A stretch of 64,000 nt of DNA from a virus, in the IMG/VR virus record IMGVR_UViG_3300032284_002843, positions 1 through 64,000 of that record; one strand, written 5' to 3'. Shown piece after piece: positions 1 through 9,100 of this stretch. The notes under the pieces were generated by a model. The model saw only the letters and a list, made by a program, of their open reading frames with translations, was not told where the DNA came from and searched no databases. Both the position numbers and the translations under genes were made by a program. Position 1 is the stretch's first letter. The number at the start of each line of letters is the position of its first letter.

Positions 1-351
1 GGAACCTTGATTTACAGTTACAACATTATTTGATAGGGTAACTGTTGGCAGAGCACTGATATTAACATTACCTGTGACACGCAGTGGATTACCAACATCA
101 TTTTTTACTTCAACTTCTGGAATGCTGTCTATATCAACGTGTCCATAGATTTGTTGATTATCCGGAAAGTTATTAACAGCAACTTCTGTTCCTACGTTAA
201 CACTAACATTCAAGTTACCAAGATCCGCGGCATTTATTCTGCTAGCAACACGCAGTTCAGGATAGCCACCCGGACTATATTGCATAGCATGATAGAGATT
301 TTTTAAGTTTGGGTCGTTGTCTAGACTAAGTTCATAAGGTTCGTCTGCCAT
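1..351 (-). CDS. Partial (runs off window start) hypothetical, probably late/structural protein
   Basis: ATG at 351, open frame MADEPYELSLDNDPNLKNLYHAMQY... to position 1; V/N-rich; TATAAATA late promoter upstream. Confidence 0.7.
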   Translation of the reverse strand, partial: MADEPYELSLDNDPNLKNLYHAMQYSPGGYPELRVASRINAADLGNLNVSVNVGTEVAVNNFPDNQQIYGHVDIDSIPEVEVKNDVGNPLRVTGNVNISALPTVTLSNNVVTVNQGS

Positions 352-355
352 TTAT

Positions 356-400
356 TTTTCCACCATAGCTGTATCATATATTTATAGCTATGGTGGAAAA
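356..400 (-). promoter_or_regulatory. Late promoter (TATAAATA, 379-386) in the loop of a 15-bp perfect inverted repeat covering the RBS
   Basis: ttttccaccatagct (356-370) / agctatggtggaaaa (386-400). Confidence 0.7.
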
Positions 401-586
401 ACTTATCCCTGCTTATTCGAACAAAATAGGCTCCACAGTTTTAAAAAGCGTGTCGGTCCTGTTCGAAACCTTGTTCAACGGAGGTAGATCGAAGCTTTCA
501 ACTACCGTTGTAAATGTATAAATAAGATATATGGTTCGCGGATCTGATACATCCCAACCATTCTATTACTTATAGGAGTAACAGCT

Positions 587-1315
587 ATGAAGAGTATTTA
601 TACAGAAGTCGTACCATACACTTATTTGGTAAAATGCATTCCAACAGGACAAGTTTATTATGGCTTAAGATGGAGAAATAAAGTTTCACCTGAGTTAGAT
701 TTATGGAAAAAATATTTTACAAGTAGCAAGAAAGTAAAAGCGCTGATTAAAATATATGGGAAAGATGCGTTTCATTATGAAATACGTAAGTTACATAAAA
801 ATGCGGATGATGCATTCACATGGGAAAGAAAAGTTTTAATAAGGATGAAAGTTTTAGAAAAAGATATATGGTTAAATGATAATATTTCGGGCATACGATT
901 TCGAAGAACTACAGTAAAGGATTCTACCAAACTTAAAATCTCGCAGGCAAGACGAGGAATGAAGTTTAGCGATGAACATATAAAAAATATGTCTAAATCA
1001 AAAATAGGGCAGATTCTATGGAATAAGGGGTTGAGGAATGTTCAAAATCATTCTGATAAAACAAAAAAACTTATTAGCGAAGCCTCAAAAAAACAAATAT
1101 GGTCCGAAGATAGAAAACGCAAAATAAGCTTGGCTCGAAAAGGCAAGCCTAGTCCTCTAAAAGGTACAAAAGCTAGTAAACCAAAATCTAAAGAAACAAT
1201 AGAAAAACTAAGACAAGTTAGAGTTGGATGTAAATGGTTTAATAATGGATCAAAAAATAAAATAGCCAAAGAATCGCCCGGACCAGATTGGCGAGAAGGC
1301 AGATTACGTTTGTAA
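587..1315 (+). mobile_element. Free-standing GIY-YIG homing endonuclease with NUMOD3-like repeats
   Basis: YTYLV...VYYG GIY-YIG-like N-terminus; repeated (H)S.ETK.KIS..KG motifs; TATAAATA at ~517 and GGAG RBS; inserted opposite to flanking genes. Confidence 0.8.
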
Positions 1316-1356
1316 GTCTATTTAAAACAACTAAATGTTTAGTAAAGATGTGTTGT

Positions 1357-1611
1357 TTACACCATAACTGTATTGCTATCTTGAGTCCTATTATACACTA
1401 CATCAACCAGTTCGCCAAGTGTTTTTATATCGGCTACAACGTTGATAGGGATATTACAGTCAAAACTATCCTCAAGGTCCATGAGCATGTCCATGATCTT
1501 TAAACTGTCAAGATCGGGCAACTGAGCGAAGCTGGTGTCATAGTCAACATAATGGGGATAACCACCGCTCACCACATGAGCGGTGATTTTATCAAAAATA
1601 ATTTCTCTCAT
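1357..1611 (-). CDS. acpP: Acyl carrier protein-like
   Basis: 84 aa, acidic; DLDSL phosphopantetheine motif followed by M.LEDSFD.NIP and IKTLGELV. Confidence 0.75.
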   Translation of the reverse strand: MREIIFDKITAHVVSGGYPHYVDYDTSFAQLPDLDSLKIMDMLMDLEDSFDCNIPINVVADIKTLGELVDVVYNRTQDSNTVMV

Positions 1612-1616
1612 CTTTC

Positions 1617-2060
1617 CTACACCGGTATATTGTTAGTTAGAACGTGGATCACCCTCTTAGATTTGTTCACGGGCAACCAGTAATAAATGTAGTTACTCTC
1701 GCTGTTCCTGCCAACCGTACCGTCGTCATTAAGAATAACTTGCCCAACATTTGAACCAAAATAAACAGGGGCCTGCCAAATGCCATCGCGCTTGGTAGCT
1801 AAGGTAAAATAACTATCACCTCTATGGTCAACAAGCTCAACAAAGTATTTACCAGGAAACATCCATGAAAATATACGCACGGCAAACTTGCTATTATGAG
1901 CCCATATTGTGCTACTAACTCCTAATAAGAGAAAGGTAGATAGAAACGTCCAATGAGTTGGCAAATGCAGTATTGGAGTCATAACTCCAATTCCCAGCTC
2001 AATGGCAACAAAAATGATAACTACTCTACCTGTTACGGATGTGATGAGATGTTTCAACAT
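1617..2060 (-). CDS. Hypothetical membrane protein
   Basis: Two N-terminal hydrophobic segments; overlaps upstream gene in operon. Confidence 0.6.
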   Translation of the reverse strand: MLKHLITSVTGRVVIIFVAIELGIGVMTPILHLPTHWTFLSTFLLLGVSSTIWAHNSKFAVRIFSWMFPGKYFVELVDHRGDSYFTLATKRDGIWQAPVYFGSNVGQVILNDDGTVGRNSESNYIYYWLPVNKSKRVIHVLTNNIPV

Positions 2061-2478
2061 GTTTCAATACCTTGGTCATTGCATCAACAGCTTTTTTGCC
2101 TGCAGTTTTAAATGATACATGGGCAAACTTATCAAATTCTGGTAGAGCCTTGCCGTGTTTATTGTCAAAAGTGCTGGTGCACTTCAAATCTTTAACAGGT
2201 GGCAATGTATCTACTTTTAGCAAATACAAACTGAGATCTTTATCACGTTTATATTCAAAGATGCCAAGGTGGATCAGCTTGCGCCAGTCTGCTTCTATAC
2301 CAGTTTCTTCACGCAGTTCTCTAATAGCAGCAGCAATGGCTACTTCGTTTGGCTCAATTTTACCCTTAGGGATGTCCCAGTGTTTACCACCAGTGGCGTG
2401 ACCAATGATAAACTTTTTGCCGTCATAAACAATTACGCCAGCACTGAGAGCTTTTGGCTTTTTTGCAGCTTTAACCAT
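2026..2478 (-). CDS. NUDIX hydrolase
   Basis: Nudix box PKGKIEPNEVAIAAAIRELREETG. Confidence 0.9.
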   Translation of the reverse strand: MVKAAKKPKALSAGVIVYDGKKFIIGHATGGKHWDIPKGKIEPNEVAIAAAIRELREETGIEADWRKLIHLGIFEYKRDKDLSLYLLKVDTLPPVKDLKCTSTFDNKHGKALPEFDKFAHVSFKTAGKKAVDAMTKVLKHVETSHHIRNR

Positions 2479-2644
2479 TTTTTACTATGTAATGAAGAAT
2501 ATCTTTTATTTCGTCAATAGTTGTAGCAGATTCTATGGCTTTGAGCAACCGTTCTTTTATTAAAATCTTTCTAGCCTCATAGAGTCCCAGCCCTTTTTCT
2601 CTTAAATCCTGTATTTCTTCACATGAAATGTCTAAGCTAAACAT
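2471..2644 (-). CDS. Small hypothetical protein (57 aa, not in ORF track)
   Basis: MFSLDISCEEIQDLREKGLGLYEARKILIKERLLKAIESATTIDEIKDILHYIVKNG; exactly fills the gap, overlapping both neighbours. Confidence 0.6.
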   Translation of the reverse strand: MFSLDISCEEIQDLREKGLGLYEARKILIKERLLKAIESATTIDEIKDILHYIVKNG

Positions 2645-2982
2645 TAGATAAAATATGTTCCAACCCAGCCAAATAGAAGCACAACTGCTGGAGCAAGAAA
2701 AATATGGAGAAATTTCTCACCGGTCTTTAGATCTTTAAAATTATCCCGTGTTGGAATTATGTAATTAATCATCAAACTTAAGCCAAATGCAATCGCCATT
2801 GGCATGTCTGCTACATGAAAAAATGGAGCTATATACCAATGCCACAGTGTGCTAATTACAAATGCTTTGACTAATGCCGCAACAAAGATTATTCCGGGTA
2901 GCAAAAAAATAGCCGCTATAGCAAGACCAACCCCGTACCAAACATATTTGGTATTAAGCTCTGGTGAATCTGGGAACTTCAT
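2644..2982 (-). CDS. Hypothetical membrane protein
   Basis: Three hydrophobic segments; GAGG RBS; TTGACA-type promoter at ~3023. Confidence 0.65.
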   Translation of the reverse strand: MKFPDSPELNTKYVWYGVGLAIAAIFLLPGIIFVAALVKAFVISTLWHWYIAPFFHVADMPMAIAFGLSLMINYIIPTRDNFKDLKTGEKFLHIFLAPAVVLLFGWVGTYFI

Positions 2983-3033
2983 AATGTACCTCTATATAAA
3001 AGCTACATTTATATATATGATTTGTCAATCAAA

Positions 3034-3059
3034 CAAAAAGGGCCAATTGGCCCTTTTTG
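3034..3059. terminator. Intrinsic terminator (bidirectional) after nadV
   Basis: caaaaagggcc-aatt-ggccctttttg perfect hairpin with A/T tails. Confidence 0.8.
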
Positions 3060-3070
3060 TATCATTTTTA

Positions 3071-4462
3071 TTAGCTCAATGCAGGCTTGTTGCTGGCTTC
3101 TCGCACCTGATCAAACGTCCATTCCTGCATGATCTGTCCATTGCGGAAAACAACTCGAAGAGCATCTGCCCAGTCATACCCTGTATTTGCATGGACAGTT
3201 TCCCACTTACCATTTTCACGGATAAGAACCAACCGTCCCTTCTTGCTGCGCTTGCCTGTATCAGTAACAGGATCCTTGTAAACATCGCGCCATTCACCGT
3301 TAATGTACATAGCACTGCACTTCATAGCAAACTTTTGAGTATCACGGTTGACCATCTGCAACAGTCCACCGCCCATACCAAATGCAATGTTATCCGCACT
3401 CCATCCACGATCAAGAAGGTTAGTAAGGATAATCGGAAGGCTGTCAATGGTAATACCGTCTCCCTGGATTACACGGATGCAGCTAGGGAGAACCTTATAG
3501 CCCTTCTTGTTAACAGTGTAACCAAACTTCTCACCGAGACGTTCAATTACATCAACCGGAACTGTGTGAGGGTCTCCGCTGTCAGGACGAACAACTACAG
3601 TAGCACCGCTGTCAATAACAGCCTGTCGCAGCTCTTCACCCCAAATGTTGCTAGCTGCGTTCATAATGTCATAGCTATCGCTAACTACAGCAACCAGTGC
3701 ACCCGGACGGGCAAACTGCTTGAGCATATTTGCATATGCCTTGCTTTCATTTTCACGGCCCCAGCTAGTAATAGTGCTGTGCTCTGCAGCAGGAATACTA
3801 AAACCAGCCATGCCTGCACCGTAATAACGTCGAGCAGCCATTGCACCTGCAACAGTATCAGTACCCATGAAATTTACCAGGTGAGCAGCACCACCAATAG
3901 CAGCACTTTCATTGCTGCTAACACCGCGTGCACCAAAGTCATGCAACTTAAAGGGCAGCTGACCATCAACATCTTCCGAGCTCTCCTCAAGAGCAGAGCG
4001 AATAATCTGCTTGCAATGCCAGCTAAGGCTAGATACCGTAGTTGGATACCAAATAGCACGAAGCAAGCTGGTTTCAATAAAGGTAGTAAGCCAGAAGCAC
4101 TTGGGATCAGTATTCACAATAGTACACAGAACATTGTGAGTGGGGATTACAGTTCCCTCGGCTACGGCCTTAACTTCAACAGGAAGATAACCGTTATACT
4201 TGTTGAGGATGTATTCCCAACCATCCTTGTTGAACGGCTCGCCGTGTGCAGCCCAAAATTCAGCTGCCTCGTCAATCATAGCCTGCGTAATGGGCTTGCT
4301 CAGGTATTCCTTGAGAAACATCTGCAACCCAAAGAATACGGTGCGATCAAACTTGCCCCCGCGACTCTCAATATAGCTGTAAACATACTCGGTACCAGGC
4401 GGATACTGAAAGGCATGGCTAGCCTTGTACGAGTCCGTATTTAAAAGAAAGTTATCAAACAT
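3071..4462 (-). CDS. nadV: Nicotinamide phosphoribosyltransferase (NAMPT)
   Basis: TDSYKASH, LHDFGARG, PAAEHS, VSDSYD, VRPDSGDP, IQGDG motifs. Confidence 0.95.
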   Translation of the reverse strand: MFDNFLLNTDSYKASHAFQYPPGTEYVYSYIESRGGKFDRTVFFGLQMFLKEYLSKPITQAMIDEAAEFWAAHGEPFNKDGWEYILNKYNGYLPVEVKAVAEGTVIPTHNVLCTIVNTDPKCFWLTTFIETSLLRAIWYPTTVSSLSWHCKQIIRSALEESSEDVDGQLPFKLHDFGARGVSSNESAAIGGAAHLVNFMGTDTVAGAMAARRYYGAGMAGFSIPAAEHSTITSWGRENESKAYANMLKQFARPGALVAVVSDSYDIMNAASNIWGEELRQAVIDSGATVVVRPDSGDPHTVPVDVIERLGEKFGYTVNKKGYKVLPSCIRVIQGDGITIDSLPIILTNLLDRGWSADNIAFGMGGGLLQMVNRDTQKFAMKCSAMYINGEWRDVYKDPVTDTGKRSKKGRLVLIRENGKWETVHANTGYDWADALRVVFRNGQIMQEWTFDQVREASNKPALS

Positions 4463-4486
4463 TGCAAATCTCCTTTGCGGTTAAAA

Positions 4487-4509
4487 TAGAAAGGGTCTAT
4501 CCCAATCTA
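4487..4509 (-). promoter_or_regulatory. Leader hairpin with GGGAUAGACCC core upstream of nadV
   Basis: Same 11-mer also precedes nadM (6082-6092); lies between TTGACA promoter (4549-4554) and RBS. Confidence 0.6.
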
Positions 4510-4550
4510 AAATCTTTCTGTGAACTATACTAACACTTTACAAAATAATG

Positions 4551-5003
4551 TCAAGCATAATCCTCAAGTCTAGCTCGGATTTCAAGATAAAACTGATGAT
4601 ATTTGGTCATACGCTTAATGTCCTTTTCAGTAATACCTTTCAATCGCCTAATATCACTGTTATGACGCAGGTCACACAGCTTTACTTCCATAGCATCACG
4701 ATTGGCAAATACACGCTCCTTGTATTCGTCCAAGGTTTCACCAGGAATCTTTGTGAGTGATTTGATTCCGTCAATCACTCGCTCGCTGATTTCAGCATTT
4801 TTGAGATCTTGATAGGTAACGTCAGTATCTTCAATCACATCGTGGCCCAGAGCAATGCACTGAAGCTCCTCATCTGTGGTTTTAAGATAATGCATAACCT
4901 TCAATGGATGTAGAATATAAGGATTGCCGGCCTTATCATACTGTCCGGCATGAGCATTGGTTACTAAAACCAACATCTTTCCTAGCATTTCACCACGTTT
5001 CAT
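4551..5003 (-). CDS. HD-domain (p)ppGpp/(p)ppApp hydrolase-like protein (Mesh1/SpoT-HD family)
   Basis: AH.GQ.DK.G.PYI.HP, HDVIEDT, VKL.D..HN motifs; GGAGG RBS before ATG 5003. Confidence 0.85.
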   Translation of the reverse strand: MKRGEMLGKMLVLVTNAHAGQYDKAGNPYILHPLKVMHYLKTTDEELQCIALGHDVIEDTDVTYQDLKNAEISERVIDGIKSLTKIPGETLDEYKERVFANRDAMEVKLCDLRHNSDIRRLKGITEKDIKRMTKYHQFYLEIRARLEDYA

Positions 5004-5014
5004 GTTATCCTCCA

Positions 5015-6049
5015 TCAAATCCTAGCAATCATGTTGTGAATAATAGCATAGTGATCCTCGAACATCATGTCTCTTTTAACATGATTAATCGGCACCCAAC
5101 GAGCCTTGTCAGCATCGTCCATACCCTTGATCTTAGGCAGTGTGGGTTCATCCTTGAGCTTGATCAAAAATGCATGAGTAATGGTACGTCCACGGCTGCT
5201 GCGGTTTGGATCGTCAAACACATCCTGAGCAACAATGCTTCCACGAAGCACCGGATCAGGAACCTTGATGCCAGTTTCCTCTCGCAACTCTCGAATTACA
5301 GCATCCTTAATGCGCTCCCGAGGATTCAAAAATCCACCCGGCAGTGCCCAAAGACCTTTTCCAGGAGCAGCCCGACGTCGCACCAGTGCAATATGTCCAC
5401 TCTGTACAACAATAGCATCAACAGTTACAAACGTTGGTGCATATGGTGCTGCAGCCCAGCTAGCCTTGTACTTTTCAACAAACTGATATTCCTCGAGGAT
5501 CTTAGCAAAATACGTAGTATTGACAAAATGTCTGAGAAAATGCATCGTGCTTTCTGGCAGTTGATCAGGAAAATACCAATTAGCATTATCAGAAAAGAAG
5601 CGGGTCCTAATATCAGTGCTGTTCAGCCCTTCATAGTTAGGAGCCTCAATGCTTGAATAAGCAGGAAACATATTGAGATAATAGCTAGAATTATCCTTGC
5701 TATGACCAATCAGTGCAACCTTGGCCTTACTTTCGTCGACCTGCAGTGCATCCAGTGTGCCACTGACAAGGTCTTGTACATTTTTCACCCACTGCATGTC
5801 ATTATATGCACTGTCTTCAAGAGGAGCGAAAATAAGACGGCTCGCTACGCCTTCAAAATGATTTTGAATCATATTCACACGTTCATCAAAGTAGAACGGA
5901 TTACGATGGCTACGTGCTTCGCCTGCACTACCAATCAAAACCAAAACATTTTTTGCAGATTCAAGAGCAAGTTTAATAACTTGCATGTGCCCAAGATGGG
6001 CCGGTTGGAAGCGGCCAATGAATACGGCCAAATCATACTTGTGTGCCAT
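5015..6049 (-). CDS. nadM: Bifunctional NMN adenylyltransferase / ADP-ribose NUDIX hydrolase
   Basis: FIGRFQPAHLGH nucleotidyltransferase motif, RNPF; C-terminal Nudix LPGGF...RELREETG. Confidence 0.95.
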   Translation of the reverse strand: MAHKYDLAVFIGRFQPAHLGHMQVIKLALESAKNVLVLIGSAGEARSHRNPFYFDERVNMIQNHFEGVASRLIFAPLEDSAYNDMQWVKNVQDLVSGTLDALQVDESKAKVALIGHSKDNSSYYLNMFPAYSSIEAPNYEGLNSTDIRTRFFSDNANWYFPDQLPESTMHFLRHFVNTTYFAKILEEYQFVEKYKASWAAAPYAPTFVTVDAIVVQSGHIALVRRRAAPGKGLWALPGGFLNPRERIKDAVIRELREETGIKVPDPVLRGSIVAQDVFDDPNRSSRGRTITHAFLIKLKDEPTLPKIKGMDDADKARWVPINHVKRDMMFEDHYAIIHNMIARI

Positions 6050-6069
6050 GTGTAACTCCTACTCTGGCT

Positions 6070-6101
6070 TATAACGCTTTTGGGTCTATCCCTAAGCTAT
6101 A
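6070..6101 (-). promoter_or_regulatory. Leader hairpin with GGGAUAGACCC core upstream of nadM
   Basis: gcttttgggtctatccctaagc; TTGACA at 6130-6135 upstream. Confidence 0.6.
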
Positions 6102-6143
6102 GTGTATTTATACTACTAGTTAACTCATCTGTCAACTAAAAAT

Positions 6144-9100
6144 TTAAAGGCCGTAACGATCTTTATATAAGTTATAGTTAGACAAGATATCACTGTCATT
6201 TAATGCAGTATTATATACTGTAATTTGACCGATTGTACCATTCCAATATTCAGATCCGTTAGTTTGTCTGCCTATTTGTGCTGTGTTGGTTACTGTGTTC
6301 CAAGAAACAGTGTGGCTGGCAACATTAACACCGTTTAAGTACAGTGTAGCAGTTGATCCATCAAATACGCCAGCTATCTGGAACCAAGTGCCTGCTGTGA
6401 TTGTTCCGCCCGAGACATCATCTGCATATCCGGCCCAAATCGGTGTAGTTCCATTAATGCCTAATGATCGGCTTTGATGATTGTTTGCAGTACCATAGCT
6501 CAAAATCCATCTGAAACCACCAGCGTCGTATGTCTTAGCCCAGGCTATAATGGTGCAAGGATCTGTACCATTAGGTAAATCTTTATGATAAAGATCGCAC
6601 CAAGTATCAACTCCATTGAATTCTAAAATGCCATTGTTATCAAACAAAAAGTTTATATATCCATTGAAAAATGCGGGATTACGACTGGCACTTATATCAT
6701 ATATTGTTGATCCAATCCTTGGATAGCTTTGCACATTCCCTGTATCGTATGACAATACTAGATTAGGGTTAGAAATAATTTCATAAGGACCATTCCACAT
6801 TTCAACATTCAAGTAGCTACGTTCAAGTCTAACATCTGTAATGCCATCTGCTAGAGCTTGCGGATATTTTTCTGGTCTAACACTGCTCATTCTATCAAAT
6901 ATTTCTTGATAGTTTGCAGGCAAGGTACCTGCTGTGCCATTTGGCCAACCAGTAAACCATTTTGGTGGATTTCCATACCAGAATCTGCTAGCCATATAAT
7001 GGAAGTATGTAGATGGCATAGGCATACCTGTGTGTTGTTCCCATGCGCTGCCATTCCATAACCAAAAGGTCATGGTATCTAGAACAAAAAATCCATCACC
7101 AACAAGTGGAGCACCGGTATTATCACCAACTGGTCGTATTATCCATTCACTACCTGTCCAATGCCATCCTTTTCCTGCAGGAACTGCAGATTGGTAGCTG
7201 TTTGGCCAACCAGGCAATAGTTCTGCGCTGCCTATTGTGCCAACTTGTCCACCTCTGTCTATCCATTGTGCACCGTCCCATATCCAATTATGACCAGTAT
7301 CATAGGTATAATATGCATCTGCTATATCGCCATTATAACTATTTGGCCAGCCTGGCAAATCTGTATTGGTATTGACTTGACCTTTTGGTGCTATTGGTAT
7401 TCCATTAAATTTTGTCAGATAAAACCCGTGATCTATTGCCGCTGGACCATTGAAGGTTACGTAGCTAAACTGACTACTGTCCCCTATGATGTTTGCAACT
7501 CCGCCAACAGGGGCCGATATTACAGCTTGGCCTTTAACATTATCAAACTTTACCACACTATAAGCATAACCCTGTGTACTGGTTATGCCGGGCCGACTAC
7601 TTTCATAGTTGAAAAAAGTACTTTGTACAGCGTTGTTACCTTTAATAGTCCATAAGGCAATATTAGGCGTACCGTTTGACTCATGCCATATGTCTCTGAG
7701 ATACGTTTGACTGCCACTTTGCATCTCAATCTCTGGGTAACGTTGTGGATCTACGCCGCCGGGTGCATCATGTCCTGTGCCTGCTCCATCTATTAGTACA
7801 AAACCGTCGCCGGCACTTTGCCAGTTAGAACTCACACAATAATCATCATATCCGCCTACACCGGGAACCAGATCATTTTGCAAACAGTGTACGTTGCTGG
7901 TGAATGTTTTTAGAACACCGCTACCATTATCATTTACAAGACGTGCGCCCGGTTGATCACTATTATCGACAATAACGTGTCTACCGGGGGTTAAATCTTT
8001 TCCTTGAGTAAAGCCCATCCAGTAGAACTTTACTTTACTTGGTCCGCGTAATAACCAAACTGGCCAACTTAACCCAGACCAGTTATAATAACTTTGATAT
8101 TTTGCCCAACCGCTTCTATAACCTTGTCCCTGTATAGCTATTTCTACATTAGCAGGTATTTCAATTGGATTTGTGACAACAACTTCACCGGTAGCGTATC
8201 GCATACCATATATTACAGGCCAGCTGCCAGGATTTGCCTGTGCATATGCCACCGCAACATTGATTTGATCTTGCACAGTGCCTTTATTCCATCCCGGAGC
8301 ATCTGGATAGATGTAAAATATCTGTCTTGACCTCTTTGGTATTTGAGCGGTTAGCGGTGGTAATGTATCATCTATAGTTTGATTAATTATAGTATCTAGC
8401 ACAACCTGTATAAGCCTTGGATCAAATGCCCAGACATCTTCGTAACTAACGTTGAACTTGTTATTATAAGCACTGAATGCTCCACTAATCAGTCGTGTGT
8501 CGCTGCTTACTTCGTTGGTTCTATATCCATAGTTATAGTCCTGTGGAATAAAGTAGAGTTCTTTATAGATTGGTCCACTGGCATCGGGTCGCATGCAAAA
8601 CTCATTATTTGCAAACCATATGCTTACTCTACGTGATCCGCCACCTCCACCAAACTGGCTGATCTGATTTATACAATCAGTTACCACAGGGTAGATTATT
8701 CTATTATCTGTAACACTGAGATATGCAGTATCACTTATCATAAATCTAAAACTGTTAATACTGACGTTTCTTCTAACACCGATATTTTGTCCGTGTACTC
8801 CATAGACGTCACATTCTTTACTAGCATTAAAAACACTATCATATACAGATAGCTGTCCTACACCATTGCTCCAATATTGTGTATGAGGATAAAAGTTACT
8901 GTAGCCATCTTCAAGCTGTATGCCAACACCCTTGCCGCAAGATTCAAAATAACAATTACGTATAAAGTAATCATATGCTTCAGCTGCATATGTTGTGACA
9001 CCATAATTGCTGCAGCGATAGAATCTGCAGCGTTGAATGCTTATTTCACTATCAGTACCTACACCCGGGACGTAATCAGTATTAGCAATACCACATCCCA

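Noticed and set aside
405-1356. Group I intron around the GIY-YIG gene
   Set aside because: No interrupted host gene or recognisable P7 core found; treated as a free-standing endonuclease.
2849-4444. 531-aa plus-strand ORF
   Set aside because: Antisense shadow of nadV; no motifs or RBS, and it crosses a terminator.
4519-4532. NrtR-like GT-N7-AC operator upstream of nadV
   Set aside because: Too short, overlaps the -10 element, and is not matched with the same spacing upstream of nadM.
4904-5656. 250-aa plus-strand ORF
   Set aside because: Antisense shadow of nadM.
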